Shown: positions 48,801-62,466 of the stretch, piece after piece
How the letters are laid out: the number at the start of each line of letters is the position of its first letter
Position numbering within the stretch: the stretch's first letter is position 1
Source: Selaginella moellendorffii
Taxonomy: Eukaryota > Plantae > Lycopodiophyta
Direction: 5' to 3'
Length of the DNA stretch: 64,000 nt
Assembly: GCF_000143415.4 (NCBI RefSeq)
Contig: NW_003314276.1
Location: 2,541,072-2,605,071, forward strand
The notes under the pieces: model-generated
The model's input: the letters and a program-made list of their open reading frames with translations, nothing else
Database searches by the model: none
Told to the model about the DNA's origin: nothing
Translations under genes and position numbers: made by a program

Positions 48801-50752
48801 AGAAATTTGGTATGCTTAATTGCTTGTGCTTGCAGAAAGTGTAAGCAAACCTTAAGTCTAGTCTAACCTAAAGAGTGGGATTAGGAGTGAATTTAGGAAT
48901 CTATGGATGGATGGTTAATACCCTATTACTTGTCTAGTGAGTAGTTAAAGCTAAGTAGGACTAAGTAGGAGGTGGTACCATAGGTGGGAACCTTGGCAAG
49001 GGAATCTAACTAAGGCCAAGGTAGTTGTGGTTAGATAGACAAGGTAAGCTGGCAAATCAGAAAGGAAAAATTTGTGACTTACAATTTGGTATCAAAACCT
49101 TTTCCTCAGTTCTAAAAAAGGATAAAGGAAAATTGCTGAGAGATGGCTAAAGCAGACCATAAGAGAACCAAAGTGGAGATGGAACCTCCTCTAGAGCTAG
49201 AACCTTTGGTCGAACAAGAAGTTATGGATGAGGAATCCTTACATGAGGAAGACTCCAGTGAGGAAATTCCAAACATGAGTCCGGTGGGGAGGTTCAGTTG
49301 TCTAATGCTCGATTGAACGTTCTAGAAAGACAATTGACATAGACTAATACCCTACTAAAGACCCCCGTATACAAGCTAAAGTATGACAGAAAGTGGCAAA
49401 AGACTGCAAATGCTGGTAGTGCAAAAGGCATGGACCCTTTGGTAGGGACTGAGGTAAAACCAAACAAGGTCAAATAAACTAAAGTGGAATTAATCTTTTA
49501 AAGAGTTCCCAAGTATAAACCAAAGCTCCCACTAGTCTTTAAAGGAGTGAATGACTATAAGGTGGTGGAGGATATGGAGGATTACTTTCAAGTGTTATAG
49601 TTACCAAGCTCAGAAAAGGTCCCATGTGCAAAACCAGACAGAAGAGAAAACAGGTTATGTAAAACACAATGGACTCATCTATTATAAACAAACAAGGGTG
49701 TATGTTCCAAAAGGGGAATTAAGAAAGGTAGCTTTAAAAGAGTGTCATGATGGACCTTTCGCAAGATATGGCAGAGTGCCCAAGATGATAGGCATACTCA
49801 AGAGAAATTATCACTAGCCAGACATGGCTAAACACGTTCAAAACTATGTAAAGACATATCCAACTTGTCAGTAGGTCAAAGCCATGACTAATGCTAGTAG
49901 GGGCTTGTTATAAAACATTCTAATTCTAGATTGTCTACAGAAATGTCTTATGATGGAATTCATCACAAGATTCCCCCCAAGTGAGGAATTTAATGTGATA
50001 TTCATGGTGGTGGACCGGTTTTCGAAGATGGTAGATTTCATACCCACCATAACGGAAGTGGATGCAGAAGGTGTACCAAAGCTGTTCTTTGAATAAGTGG
50101 TTCGACTATGGGGAAGGCCAGAAGAAATTATCCTAAATCGAGACAAAATCTTCACTAGTAGGTTCTGAAGCACTCTCATATAACAATATCACACTAAGTT
50201 AAAATTTAGTATAGCTTATCACTTATAGACAAGCATTAGGTATTAAGTCAAGTTTAATGGCAATGACACTTCTTAACAAATGAACAAACGAAAAGGGTGA
50301 ATAGGCATCTAGAGGATTATTTGTGATGCTATGTCTCCAAAGACCAAACTAATTAGGTAAGCCATTTAGGACTTGTAGAAATGTGCTATAACAATTCACC
50401 ATATTCAAGTATCGAAGTGAGTCTATGGGAAGTCATCAATGGGCGAGCTATTGAAGGTTTTATAGAACTCGGCATGACCGAATATCATGGAGAGTTACCC
50501 GTAGTGGAGGTGTTCATAGCGGAAAGACTCAACATTTGGAATTTAGTGAGGGATTCTTTAGAATAGGCTCAACAAAGGCAAACCAAGTACGCAAACCAAA
50601 AGTGCTGGGACATAGAGTTCTAACCTAAGGAGAAGGTGTGGCTAAACACCAAGAACCTAAGGTTACCAAGTGGGATCAACCAGAAGTTGATCTAAAGGTA
50701 AAAATGCATGTATTCTTGGAAATGAACTAATCTTAAATTCCTTAAGCAAATG

Positions 50753-51489
50753 TGTCACAAATGTGACTACGGGTATCAAAAGTTACCTATTGACTAGTTC
50801 TTTTGAATATTCTTTCCTTACTACCATGATGGTAGAAGGTTGGCATTGTTAGACACTTTATCAGTCCCTCTTGTTCACGTGTTAGTAAACTAGGCTTAGC
50901 ACCTATACTTAGCCAAATAAATATGAAAGTATCTAAATTTGTTAATTTGGCATATCTATAGGATGTAGAGATTGTCCTAAATATAATAGTGTTCATCTCA
51001 TGTCCAAATTTGCAATCTAGTGTCATTCCATATTTAATAAGTTTAAGTTAATCTCAGAGAGTAACTCCTGGTATAAAGGATGGATTGCTAAAGTCCCCAT
51101 ATCTTCACATTACACCACCGGTATGCTGAAATAGCACCAAACTCCATTTGGCTCCATTTTGCATGTTGGGATGTTCGATACTTTAAAACTCACTCTGTGC
51201 TCTTGTCCTTTTGCTCTTTAGGCTGAACACTCGGGAGTTGCTCCATGCTTTGGTTCTATCACTTCTTGGCTCCATGCTTTGGTTCCGTCATTCCTTGACT
51301 CCATGCTTAAAAGTTTGGCCTCGTTCCTTCATTCAGTGACCCAAGGCCCTAAAACTCGACTCCACTCCACTATCCTTAGGGATATGTGGCATGTGGCATA
51401 TAGCATATGACACATGGCACATGGAGGGTTTACGTTTTGTTTTGTGGTTATCCTATGGTAAATCATCATAAGATAAAGGGTGAAAACCA
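50753..51489 (+). repeat. Internally deleted family-F solo LTR inserted in A3
   Basis: TGTCACAAATGTGA start; homology to 17448-18571 and 61348-62466. Confidence 0.8.
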
Positions 51490-52594
51490 GCAAGTTCAAG
51501 AGGCCTTATGAGATTGAGGCTCAAATTGGTAAAGTAGCTTATCACCTTCAACTTCCTCAAAATATGGGGAAGATGCACTCTATGTTCCACTTGAATTTAC
51601 TCAAGCCATACTTTGAAGATCTACTTTGCAAGGACCAAATAAGACCTTTATCCGAGGTTATTTAAGAGGAAGAGGAATATACGGTCAAGGCCATCCTCAA
51701 TACGTGTAAGAGCAAGTGATAAAGACACAAGGTGAGGGAATTCCATGTGAAGTGGAAAGGATTTCCACACTATGAACCAATACGAGAACTAGAGAAGAAC
51801 CTAGTGAACATATGAGATCTAGTGGAAAGATAGAACCTTACTTATGCAAAGTTCAATTAAAGTATCCATTTGTGAAATTGAAAAATGTCATATGTTAGGG
51901 CCCAAAGGTGCACCGAAGGTAAGCTAATAGGTTAGCTAGGTTGACTACGCGTAAGTAGTTATGCACAACTCCTTGTGTGGATGTAGAATCCATAGACATA
52001 TTTTATAGAGCTTGGGTTTGAGTCCCAACCCTCTAGTAAAGCAAGGTTGATGGCTGCAAACTTCAAGGTGGTTTTATGGACGGCCTCTTGGCAGCTTTAT
52101 GCCGAGGCTGCTTTGGGACTGCTGGATCTCGAGGGGCGGATTTTCACGCATAGGCTCTATAGGCAACACTGCGTAGGGGGTGTGAAAGATTTGTCCCAGC
52201 TATACTAGGGCATGGTGAGGTGAAGGATATAGGGACATCTATATCCTGTTGTCATGGGCTCTTAGCCAGGGAGGCTGATTTAAGCACACCACTAAGTGGG
52301 GGGATGCCCCTGAAGACATAGTTAACAAGTAGTAGGATTAAAAAGAGACGTTCGATATGGGCATTGAACTTCTTCTATGGATGGTAGAGTTATAAGGAAC
52401 CAACTTCTTAAAGTGTTATAGGGTAAAGGATCCTTGAACCCACAATCGGAATATTAAAAAGTTCATCAGATAAGACTGAGTTCGAGATCAAGTCTGGGAC
52501 TAACTCTAACACTAAGTTCGAGACTGAGTCTGAGATCGAGTCCAAGACCAACTTCAAGATTGAATTAAAGATGGAGTCTAGGACCAAGTTCGAG

Positions 52595-53396
52595 CTTGTT
52601 TTTGTTTTACATATGGCTTGGGTTTAAGCCCAAGTTCCATTTCATGCTAGCTGGTGAAGTACCTATATCCTTGCGTTAGACCACTGGTATGCTAAAATAG
52701 CGCTAGACTCCATTTGGCTCCATTTTGCGTGTTGGTCTTGGCATTGGGATGTTCGATGCTCTAGGACTGTTCCAAGTTGCTTTATGCTCCTGTCCCTTTT
52801 CTCCTTGGGCTAAATGCTTGAGAGTTGCTCCATGCTCCGGTTTTGTCGCTCCTTAACTCCATACTTAGGAGTTTGGCCTTGTTCCTTCATTCAGTAGCCC
52901 AAGGCCCTGAATCTCAAGTTCCACTCCACTATCCTTAAGGACATGTGGCATATGGTATATAGCATGTGACATGTGGCACATGGGGGATTTAGGTTCTGCT
53001 TTGTGGTTATTTTATGGTAAATCACCATAGGATAAAAGGTGAAAACCACATATGCTACATTTGGTATTAGAGGATACGTCTCAGTGAGTACTATCCAATG
53101 AGATTGGGCAAGTAGTCTTGTTGTATACATAGAGATGAAAATGATGATCCAAGTAGGTACACGTTTAGGTGTTAAGACTTCACATTCATTCCTTGGGTAT
53201 GAATTTTTGTTAACTTTTATACCATATTGTGTGAGCTTGTGCTTGGGTTCATAAGATGGATTAAGATGTTTTGTTTGCATGAGCTTGCGCTTAGGCTCAT
53301 GAGTGAGGCACATTAGCAACTCAAGGTTACACTTGAGTTGGCAAGATTAATGTTAGCCTTTTGGTGGTTCCATAAGTTGTTCTAGTGGTTCCATGA
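52595..53396 (+). mobile_element. Family F fragment: 3' half of the 5' LTR (ends 53059), Met PBS, leader
   Basis: ..GCTACA TT TGGTATTAGAG; homology to 18120-18571. Confidence 0.78.
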
Positions 53397-56300
53397 TGTA
53401 AAGAATTAACTCCCTGAGGTGTCAGAGGCTAAAAGATCCCCGAAAGTACAACTAGAATGATAAAGAGTTCATCGGATGAGACTAAGTCTGAGATCGAGTC
53501 CAAGACCAACTCTAAGACTGAGTTCAAGACCGAGTCCAAGATCAAGTCTAAGATTGACTCTGAGACTGAGTTTGAGATTGACTCCGAGACCAAGTTTGAG
53601 ACCAAGTCTGAGATCCAAGATCGGGTCCGAGACTGAGCCCAAGGTCAAGTCTGAGATCGAGTCCAAAACCAAGTCCGAATACTAATACAAGTTGTGGGGT
53701 GAAAACCCAAAGCGTGTGTCTCTCGAGGGGGGGGGGGGGCGGGGGGGTGGGCTGTAGGGAGTTCCAAAACTATAGTAAGGATAGTGAGGTATACGAATCA
53801 GTCTTGAAGGAACTCTCCAATGATGCTTCCAAATTGACTTGAAGTTGAGACACGGGCCGAAGGGCCTTGGGTGGGAGTGAGCATAGACTCAGGTGGTGCT
53901 AGAATGGCCACCCAAAGAAGTGCTCAAGAGTAGCTCCCACTCTTGGAAGGGAAACCTAATGCGATGCTCTCAGTTCATATGAAGTGGTGCCCCACTTGAG
54001 TACCTTGCAACTCATTGGTTCTTGCCCTTTCTAGGACCTTGGGCCTTCACTTCGGGATGGAAGTGGGGGGGTAGAGGTACCCATATCGGGCCGTTAGGCC
54101 ACGGTATTTCCCCCTAGTGTCTCAAAGCAAGTGTTGCACCTAAGGTTTGGGATTTAGAGGGTCCCATAATCAAGTCTTATTGTACCAAGGAGAACCTTGG
54201 CGAGGGAATTTAGTTAAAGCCAAGGTAGTGTTGGTCAAATAGACGAGGTAAGTTGGCAAATTGAAAAGAAAAAATTTTGTGGCTTACAATTTGGTATTTG
54301 AGCCTTTTCCTCAGTTCTAGCAAAGGATAGAGGTGGATTGCTAGGAGATGGCAAAGGCAAGGTATAAATGAACCAAGGTAGAGATGGAATCTCCTCAAGA
54401 GCTAGAGCCTCCGGTCAAACAAAAGGCTACGAATGAGCAATCCTTGCATGAGGAGGACTCTAGTGAGGAAACTTCCAAACAGGAGTTCAGTGGTGAGGTT
54501 TAGTTGTCCAAGGCTTGATTGGACATTCTAGAAGGACAATTAGCTCAGACAAATGCCCTGTTGGAGACTCTCGTACGCAAGCTAAAGGGTCATGAGAAGT
54601 GAAAGAAAAAACGAAAGACTGTAGATGCTAGCAATGCAGAAGGCGTGGACCTTTTAGCGAGGACTGAGGCGGAACCGAATAAGGTTGAATAAACCGAAGT
54701 GGAATCAGTCCCTCAAGCAGTTCCCAAGTACAAACCAAAGCCTCCACTGGTTTTCAAGAGTGTGAATGACTATAAGGTGGTGGAGGATTGGTTTTACGAT
54801 ATGGAGGATTACTTCTGAGCGTTGCAGTTACCAAGCTCAAAGAAGGTCCTATGTGTAAAACCATACTTAGCAGATAATGCCAAGTCTTGGTAGAGAACAA
54901 TAGAGGCAAATGAAGGACCAGTGGCCACTTGGGAAATGATGAAGGTGAGGATCCACGTGACTTACGTACCTCCAAATGCTATTCTGCACCTAAGGGATGA
55001 GTTGAGTAGGCTGAAGCAGACTAGAACCATTCAAGTATGTAAATGGGTTTATGGCAAAGAGGATACTTGTCACGGATATGGGAGATATGGATGTGTTCCA
55101 TGCCTTTATATCAGGCTTGCAAACCTGGGCTCGCGGCAAGATGATGCATTGAAACCCGACCAACTACAAAGAAGTGTTGGATGGAGCTATCAAGGTGCAT
55201 TTCAATGATAACCTGCGAAAAGGGAACACAACGGCGTCGGGTCCATGTTTAGCAAAGGGGCCAAACCAAAGGGGACATATGGCAAAGGAAAATCAGAGAG
55301 AGTTCTCTAAAAATGAGTCCTCAGGGTTCTGAAAAGGCAGATCCGGTGGCCAGCAAGCAAGTACATAGGGGAGTCAAGTGAAAAGAGACAAACACACGAA
55401 TAAAAAGATCAGATCTACTAGTAACATGGGAAACAATATATGTTTCAATTGCAGTGAAGTGGGACACTTTTCAAGGGAATGCCCATACCCGAAGAAGGCT
55501 AGAGCCAATATAAGCATTAAGTCGAGTGAAATCCAAATTGAAGTATGTGATCCAATTCCTAGTTCAAAGTTACTCATTACACGAGAAACTTTGATAAAGA
55601 GTCGTTCGCCACATCTACTAACCCTCCAAGGGAAGCTTGGAAGTAGCTTTGTTAAGATCTTTATTGACACGGGTGCTTCGGATAATTTTGTGGTTGTAAA
55701 CATAGTTTGACAAGTCAGACTAATGGTGCAACGGCTGGGTGAACCAAGAACTATAAAGTTTATTCAAAGTAGCCAAAGCACTAATGAGGTACTTCAACGA
55801 GCAAAAGTCGAAGTAGGGACATGGAAAGTAAATATGGATTTCACCATGTTGGACATGTGTAGCGCATGTGATCATGGGATGAGATTTAGATATATTGTCA
55901 CCGTGAATCCTTGGAACCTTGGGGGATAAATAGGGATAAAATAACCATTAAGGGCTTTCTCATCAAGCAATTTCCCCTTTTCAAGTTGGCTTAAGAGGAG
56001 AGAAATAAAGTGCGCTATATGTGGTATTGGAGAAATGGCATGAGTTCGATTCCCATTGATTAGTGGCTACTTAAAAATATAATATACCCTTGAGCAAGAA
56101 CTTTTAGAGACACCAAAAGGCCACTTCTTATTCTCCACTAGTACCAATCAAAGCTCCGCAAAGGTTATTATGTTTAAGGCTATATTCCTACCCTTAAATT
56201 TGAAATCATACATATTATGCATTCATGCATACATCCTTTCTCTCGTGTGGAATATCCATGGATAAAGGTATCCACTCTAGGACTGTAGTACAGGTGGATG

Positions 56301-59300
56301 ACTAGTTGCCTCACATGGAATAGTTGGTCTACACAATGAAAGGATTGGTAGATTTAATGCAGAAATGGAGGTGTTAGTTCCCCTTAGCTCAATCGAGGTT
56401 GTTAGTTAATGGTCAATAGTCAATGAAGACATTGACATCTCTCGAGGGGGAGGGTGAGTGTAGCATACCTAATCAAGGTTGTTAGTCAATAGTCAATAGT
56501 CAATGAGGACATTGACATCTTTCGAGGGGGAGGGTGAGTGTAGGGCATGTGATCATAGGATGAGATTTGGATATATTATCACTATGGATCCTTAGAACCT
56601 TGGGGGATAAAATAGCCACTAAGGGCTTTTTTATCAAGCAATTGCCCTTTTTTTAGTTAGTTTAAGGGGAGAGAGATAAGGTGCACTACAACATAGCTGG
56701 TTTTGATGTAATCTTCGGGATGGATTGGTTCAATCGGTTCGCGGTAGCCTTGCATAGACAAGGTAAGAACCTTGTGGTACTGGCGAATACCCGAGGAGAA
56801 CGATCCAGGGTGGAAGCATAGGATCTAAAGGTAGGGCAATGTAAGGCCAAAGACTCCAACCTGAACCTGGTGTCCTTGAAAGGACAATTTATTAAAGGAA
56901 CTAAGGTAGCATTTTTGTGCTTACTCTTGGTAAGGAGTGACAAAAAGATAAGAATAAAAGAAATGTCTTAAGTGATCCAATGGGTGTGGGACCAATTCCA
57001 AGATACCATGCTAGAGGAGCTACCAGCAGGGTTAACCCCCGAACGACTAATAAAACATAAGATCGAGCTAGTCAAGGGTGCTAAGGTGGTGATTCGTCCC
57101 TCCTATCAGTTGAATAAAAAGGAACTCGAGGACCTCAACACCAACTTGAGGAGTTGGTAGAAAAAGGGTATATTAGGTTTAGGAAGTCACCGTATGGTGC
57201 ATTAGTGTTATTTGTGAAAAAGAAAGATGAATCTATACGCATGTGCATAGACTACCAGTTGCTTAACAAGTATACAAAGAAGAATAAATACCCTTTACCA
57301 AGGATTGAGGATCTGTTTGATAGGTTAGGAAAAGTGAAATACTTTTCAAGGATTGACATGGGGTCAGGATACTACTAGAGCAGGGTAGTAGAGGAAGATA
57401 TTGAGAAAACAACCTGTCGGACAAGGTATAGAAGCTTCGAGTTTTTAGTGATGCCCTTTGGGTTATGCAATGCTCCAACAACATTCTCAGCATTAATGAT
57501 CCATATTTTTGTACCCTATCTGGATTATTTTGTGATTATCTACATTGACGACATCTTAATATATAGCAAGATGCTAGAGGAGCATGCCGAACACTTGACG
57601 AAGGTGTTTGAGAAACTAAAGGAACACTAGCTATATGCTAAAGAGAGCAAATGTGACTTTGCTCAACAAGAGGTAAAGTTTCTTGGGCATGTGATGGGCA
57701 AGGATGAGCTCAAGGTGGGCCCTGAGAAAGTCCAAGCAATCTAGGAATGGGAACAACTATTGAATGTACATGAGTTAAGGACATTCTGAGTAAGGATTTT
57801 GAGGTAGAAATAAATGCTTCAGACTTTGCATTAAGTATAGTGTCAAAGCAAAATAACCATTTAATAGCGTTCTTCTTGAAAAAGTTGGACAAAGATCAGC
57901 AAAAATGGCCTATCCACATGAAGGAATTGTTTGTGGTGGTCAAGGCACTCAAGGAGTGGTGACACTACCTTGGGAGACACTTCAAAGTTTACACAGAGAA
58001 TGTGGCAATAAAACACTTTTTGTCACAACCAAACTTGATAGGGAAACAGGGTCAGTGGGCCAATATTTTTGCTGAGTTTGATTATGAGATTCTGTATAAA
58101 CCTGGGAAGAGCAACATCGTGGTGGATGCTCTAAGTCAAAAAACGAGCTTGAAGTTAGCTATATCTAACGCGACAGAAACCCTTTGGGATGATGTGCGGA
58201 TAGCATGTGAAAACAATGGTCTAGCACAAGAAGTGTTGCTGAGGAACCAAAGGATGTCCAAGACTATGTAAAGACATGTCCAACATATCAGCAGGTCAAA
58301 TTTGTGACTAAAGCTAATAGGGACTTGTTACAAAGCATCCCAATTCCAGATCGTCCATGAAAATGTCTTACAATGGACTTCATCACGGGACTCCCCCCAA
58401 GTAAGGGGTTTGATGCGATATTCGTGGTGGTGGACCAATTTTCAAAGATGGCACATTTCATATCCACCACAATGGAAGTGGATGCGGAAGGTGTGGCAAA
58501 GCTATTCTTCGAACAAGTGGTCCGAGTGTGGGGAAGGCCAAAAGAGATTATCTCAAATCGAAATAAAATCTTCACCAGTAGGTTCTGGAGAACTCTCTTA
58601 GAACAGTATCGCACCAAATTGAAATTTAGCAAACCCTATCAGCCACAAACAGGTATTGAGTATTAAGTTAAGTTTGATGGCACTAACACTTCTTGACAGA
58701 TGGACAAACGGAAAAAGTGAATAGGAAGCTGGAGGATTATTTGCGATGCTATGTCTCCGGAGACTAGACTAATTGGGTAAGTCATTTGTGACTTGCAGAA
58801 ATGTGCTATAACAACTCACCACACTTGAGTATCAAGATGAGTCCATGGGAAGTCATCAATGGGCGAGCTATTGAAGGTCCTGTGCTATTTTGAGAAATTG
58901 AGCAATGTCATATGTTGGGACTCGAAGGCGCACTGAAGGTAAGCTAATTAGCATGGGTTAGCTAGGTCAACCAGGTGTAGGGAACTACGCCCAACTCCCT
59001 GTAGGGATATCAAATCTGTAGATGTATTCTACGAAGGTTGGGTTCAAGTCCTAACTTACTAGTAAAGCAAGGCTAGGTTCAAGTCCCATCCTCATACTAG
59101 GGTGTGGTGAGGGAAGGGGTATAAGGGCACCTATATTCCATTGTCATGGGCTCTTGGCCGGGGAGGGTAACTTATGCACACCGCTAAGTGAGGGGATGCC
59201 CCCAGAGACATGGTCAACAAGTTGTAGGATTAATAAAAGATATTCGATGTGGGTATTGAACTTCTTCTATGGGTGATGGAGTTGTAAGGAACCAACTCCT

Positions 59301-59644
59301 CAAAGTGTCGAATGCTAAAGGATCCCCGAAACCATGACTGGAATGATAAAGAGTTCATCGGATGAGACTGAGTCCGAGATCGAGTCTGAGACTGACTCTA
59401 AGACCGAGTTCAAGATCGAGTCCGAGACCAAATTCGAGACCAAGTCCGAGATCCAAGATCGGGTCTGAGACCGAGTCCAAGGTTGAGTCCGAGACAGAGT
59501 CCGAGGTCGGGTCCTAGATCAAGTCCGAAATCAAGTTTGAGACTGAGTCTGAAGTTGAGTTTGAGATTGAGTCCAAGACCGAGTCCAAATACTAATACAG
59601 GTTGTGGGGTGAAAGCCTAGAGCATGTGTCTTCCGAGGGGGGGG
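53397..59644 (+). mobile_element. Family A decayed copy (A4) with several internal deletions and a truncated 3' LTR (from 59283)
   Basis: 5' LTR 53397-54288; PBS; gag-pol remnants collinear with A1; intact intron-1 signals at 58653-58699. Confidence 0.9.
55858..56690 (+). mobile_element. TRIM family G (833 bp) inserted in the A4 protease
   Basis: LTRs 55858-56019 and 56539-56690; TSD ACATG/ACATA; Met-like PBS; PPT GAGGGGGAGGGTGAG. Confidence 0.85.
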
Positions 59645-62466
59645 ATTATTTCTTCGATGATGATTATACATTTATCTATCGATGAGATGATTGATGATCT
59701 TTCATGATAATTAGTTGTTCTCTTTGATAATGTAAACTCCTGACTTGGACTTCCTGGGAGGTCACCTTTCATAGGCCCTTTCCCTCTATATTGAAACCCT
59801 ATGGATCGTCTCTCGAGTCGTTCCCTTTAGTTGCTTACAATCCACTATGCTTCCCTAAAAATTCACGCCCTCATGAATGGAAACTGAGAGCCACAACTCT
59901 CTTGACACCTTACCCCTTGGGTCGAGCCTAGCGGGAGCAAACTAGATTAGCCAGATGTCAATCAACATGTGGTGTGATTCCACTCTCTTGACACCCTACC
60001 CCTTGGGTCGAGCCCAGTGGGAGTAAACTAGACTAGCTAAATGTCAATCAACATGTGGTGTGATTCCTCTAGCCAACCAACAGAGTCAGACCTGAGACCC
60101 CTCTGATACCAAATGTAAGCTCATAAGTTTAGACTTCCCGGAAGGTTACCCAGCACAATACTATTCAAACCCAAAGACACTTAACCCAAGTATCCCAAGA
60201 CCTTTAACCAATTAGAAAAGGAGGTGCACTTTTATTCATGGGCCCTTTCCCTTTATATTTGAACCCCATAGATCGTCTCTCGAGTTGTTCCTTTTAGTTG
60301 CTTACAGATAGCTTTTGGCTTTTTACATTACTATATGTTCTTTGTGATTTGTTTTGGATTGATCTTTTAGATTTGAAACATTAGAAGGATGTTGTTGACT
60401 CTTACTTAAAACACTTAAGTTCATTAGTATTATTGACTAGGATCTAATCAAATTGACTAATGTGATATTTGGCATGAATATTGTGTTTGTTAGTCTTTGC
60501 AACATTCCTTCTATTTTGTTGATTGTTGTTATAGTTGGTTCTACTAAATTGAATGTTATTTCCTTTAAGTGATACATTCGTGAATATTTTCCTTATCCGT
60601 CAATGATACTTTATATTCTTTTAGTTGTTTTTTGTATAGATGGTAAATCCTATGTTTTCCAAATTATGATGATCTTGGTGGTTCCTATACTATAATTCTA
60701 GTTTATTGGATGATAACTTTCTTGGAATACTTTTGTGTTCTAATCTAAAATTTATTTACTAATAATTTAGTCTCTTAGATATCATTGTCTTTGACTTTGA
60801 TATTGTCCATTTATTGATCTTTGGGTTTTGGCCAATATAGACAGACTAGCTTCGACACTTTATATGCATGGTGAAATCTTTAGTTATGGGGTAGCTACTG
60901 TAAACTGATCACATCAACCTCTTTGTCGATATTCGTTATTTCATTTAAAAAAATGTGACCTTGTAAACAACTCTCACTATATTTATAGTATTCTATCTAA
61001 ACTTTACCAACAGATTTGGTTTCTTTGCTCATGAGGGTTAGGGCCTTTGGCTTCTCTCCTTATATTCCTGTAGGTAGGGGTGTATCACACTTTTGTAAAC
61101 TAGGTGACACCTAGAGTAGCAAGGGTGGCTAACTCTATTGGTCATTTCCTTGTCGGCAATAGCTGGAAGGTGTCTAAGTTGGTAGTGCATTTGCGTTAGA
61201 CAAAGATGTTACTTTAACTCATTAAAGTTGGTGCATTTTTCATAAAGTGTGAATACTGTGAACTTTTTCTGGAGTTATTTCCTTGGCGGTATTCTATACT
61301 AGAGTATGCATCAACGAGGACATCAATCTTCCCTAAGATGGGGAGAGTGTCACAAATGTGATTTCGAGTATCGAAAGCTACCTTTCAGTTAGTCCTTTTA
61401 AATATTCTTTCTTTACTGCCACGACAATACGAAGTTGGTATTGCTGGATCTTTTATCAATCTCCTCCTAAGGTAGCTAAGAAACTAGTCAATGGTTGTGT
61501 ACTTAAATCAAATAAACATAAGGTAAGAACTTTATGTGTTTCTTGCTAAGCATAATTGGCCTAGTTTGAGAAACTCTTGTTATTCGCTTGCACTTGCTAG
61601 TGTTCAAAACCCCCATGATATTGAGTTTTGTCCCTCAATATTCATTAGATGATAGCTTACGTGTCTGCCAAACACCCTCATTATGATGCACCTTGTGTTA
61701 GTTCCATTCAGTCCTAATTGCTACTTATAAAAAGTGTCTAGATTTGCTAATTTAGCATATTTATGGAATGTAAAGATTGTCTTAAACACAATGGTGTTTG
61801 TCCCATACCCAAATTCACAATCTAACACCATTAAATATTTAGTAAGTTTTGAGTTAGTCCTAGATATTAACTCCTAATACTAAAGATGGCTAAAAGTGAA
61901 AGCCCAAAGCATGCATTCCTCAAGGGGCTATAGGGGGTTCTAAATGTATAGTAGGGATAGTAGGTAGATCGGGCATGGCCGACCAACCTAAGGCATAATC
62001 TAGCTCTCGCTTACATACCTATCTTTATTTTGTGTCTATCTTATGTCTAAGCCCAAGTTCCACACCATGCTAACTGGTGGAGTACCCATATCCTTATGTT
62101 AGGCCACTAGTATGCTGAAATAGTGCCAAACTCTTTTGGCTTTGTTTTGCGTGTTGATCTTTGCATTGGGGTGTTGGATACTCTAGGACTGTTCCAAGTC
62201 ACTTTGTGTTCCAGTCTCTTTACTCCTTGGGTTGTACACTCGAGAGTTGCTCCATGCTCCAGTTCCGTCACTTCTTGGTTCCATGCTTAGGAGTTTGGCT
62301 TTATTCTTTCATTCAGTGGCCCAAGGCTCTTAAACTCAAGTTCTGCACCACTGCCTTTTGGATATATAGTATATAACACGTAGCATATAAAGGGTTCAAG
62401 TTCCACTTTGTGGTTATCCTATAGTAAATCACTATATAATAAAAGGTGAAAACCACTTGCACTACA
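59645..62466 (+). mobile_element. Family F 3' portion with 3' LTR 61348-62466
   Basis: Homologous to ~16240-18571; PPT before TGTCA. Confidence 0.8.
59731..60306 (-). mobile_element. TRIM family D copy 2
   Basis: Homologous to 24030-24624; LTRs 59731-59839 (deleted) and 60114-60306; TSD GATAA/GATAG; ~80-nt internal duplication. Confidence 0.88.

Larger units (their letters stand above)
18795..52594 (+). mobile_element. Family A decayed copy (A3): 5' LTR split into 18795-19128 and 48387-49083, gag fused to integrase by a deletion near 49635, truncated 3' LTR from 52391
   Basis: Collinear with the reverse complement of A1; Met PBS at 49087; intron homologues at 50233-50279 and 50698-50749. 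Confidence 0.85.
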
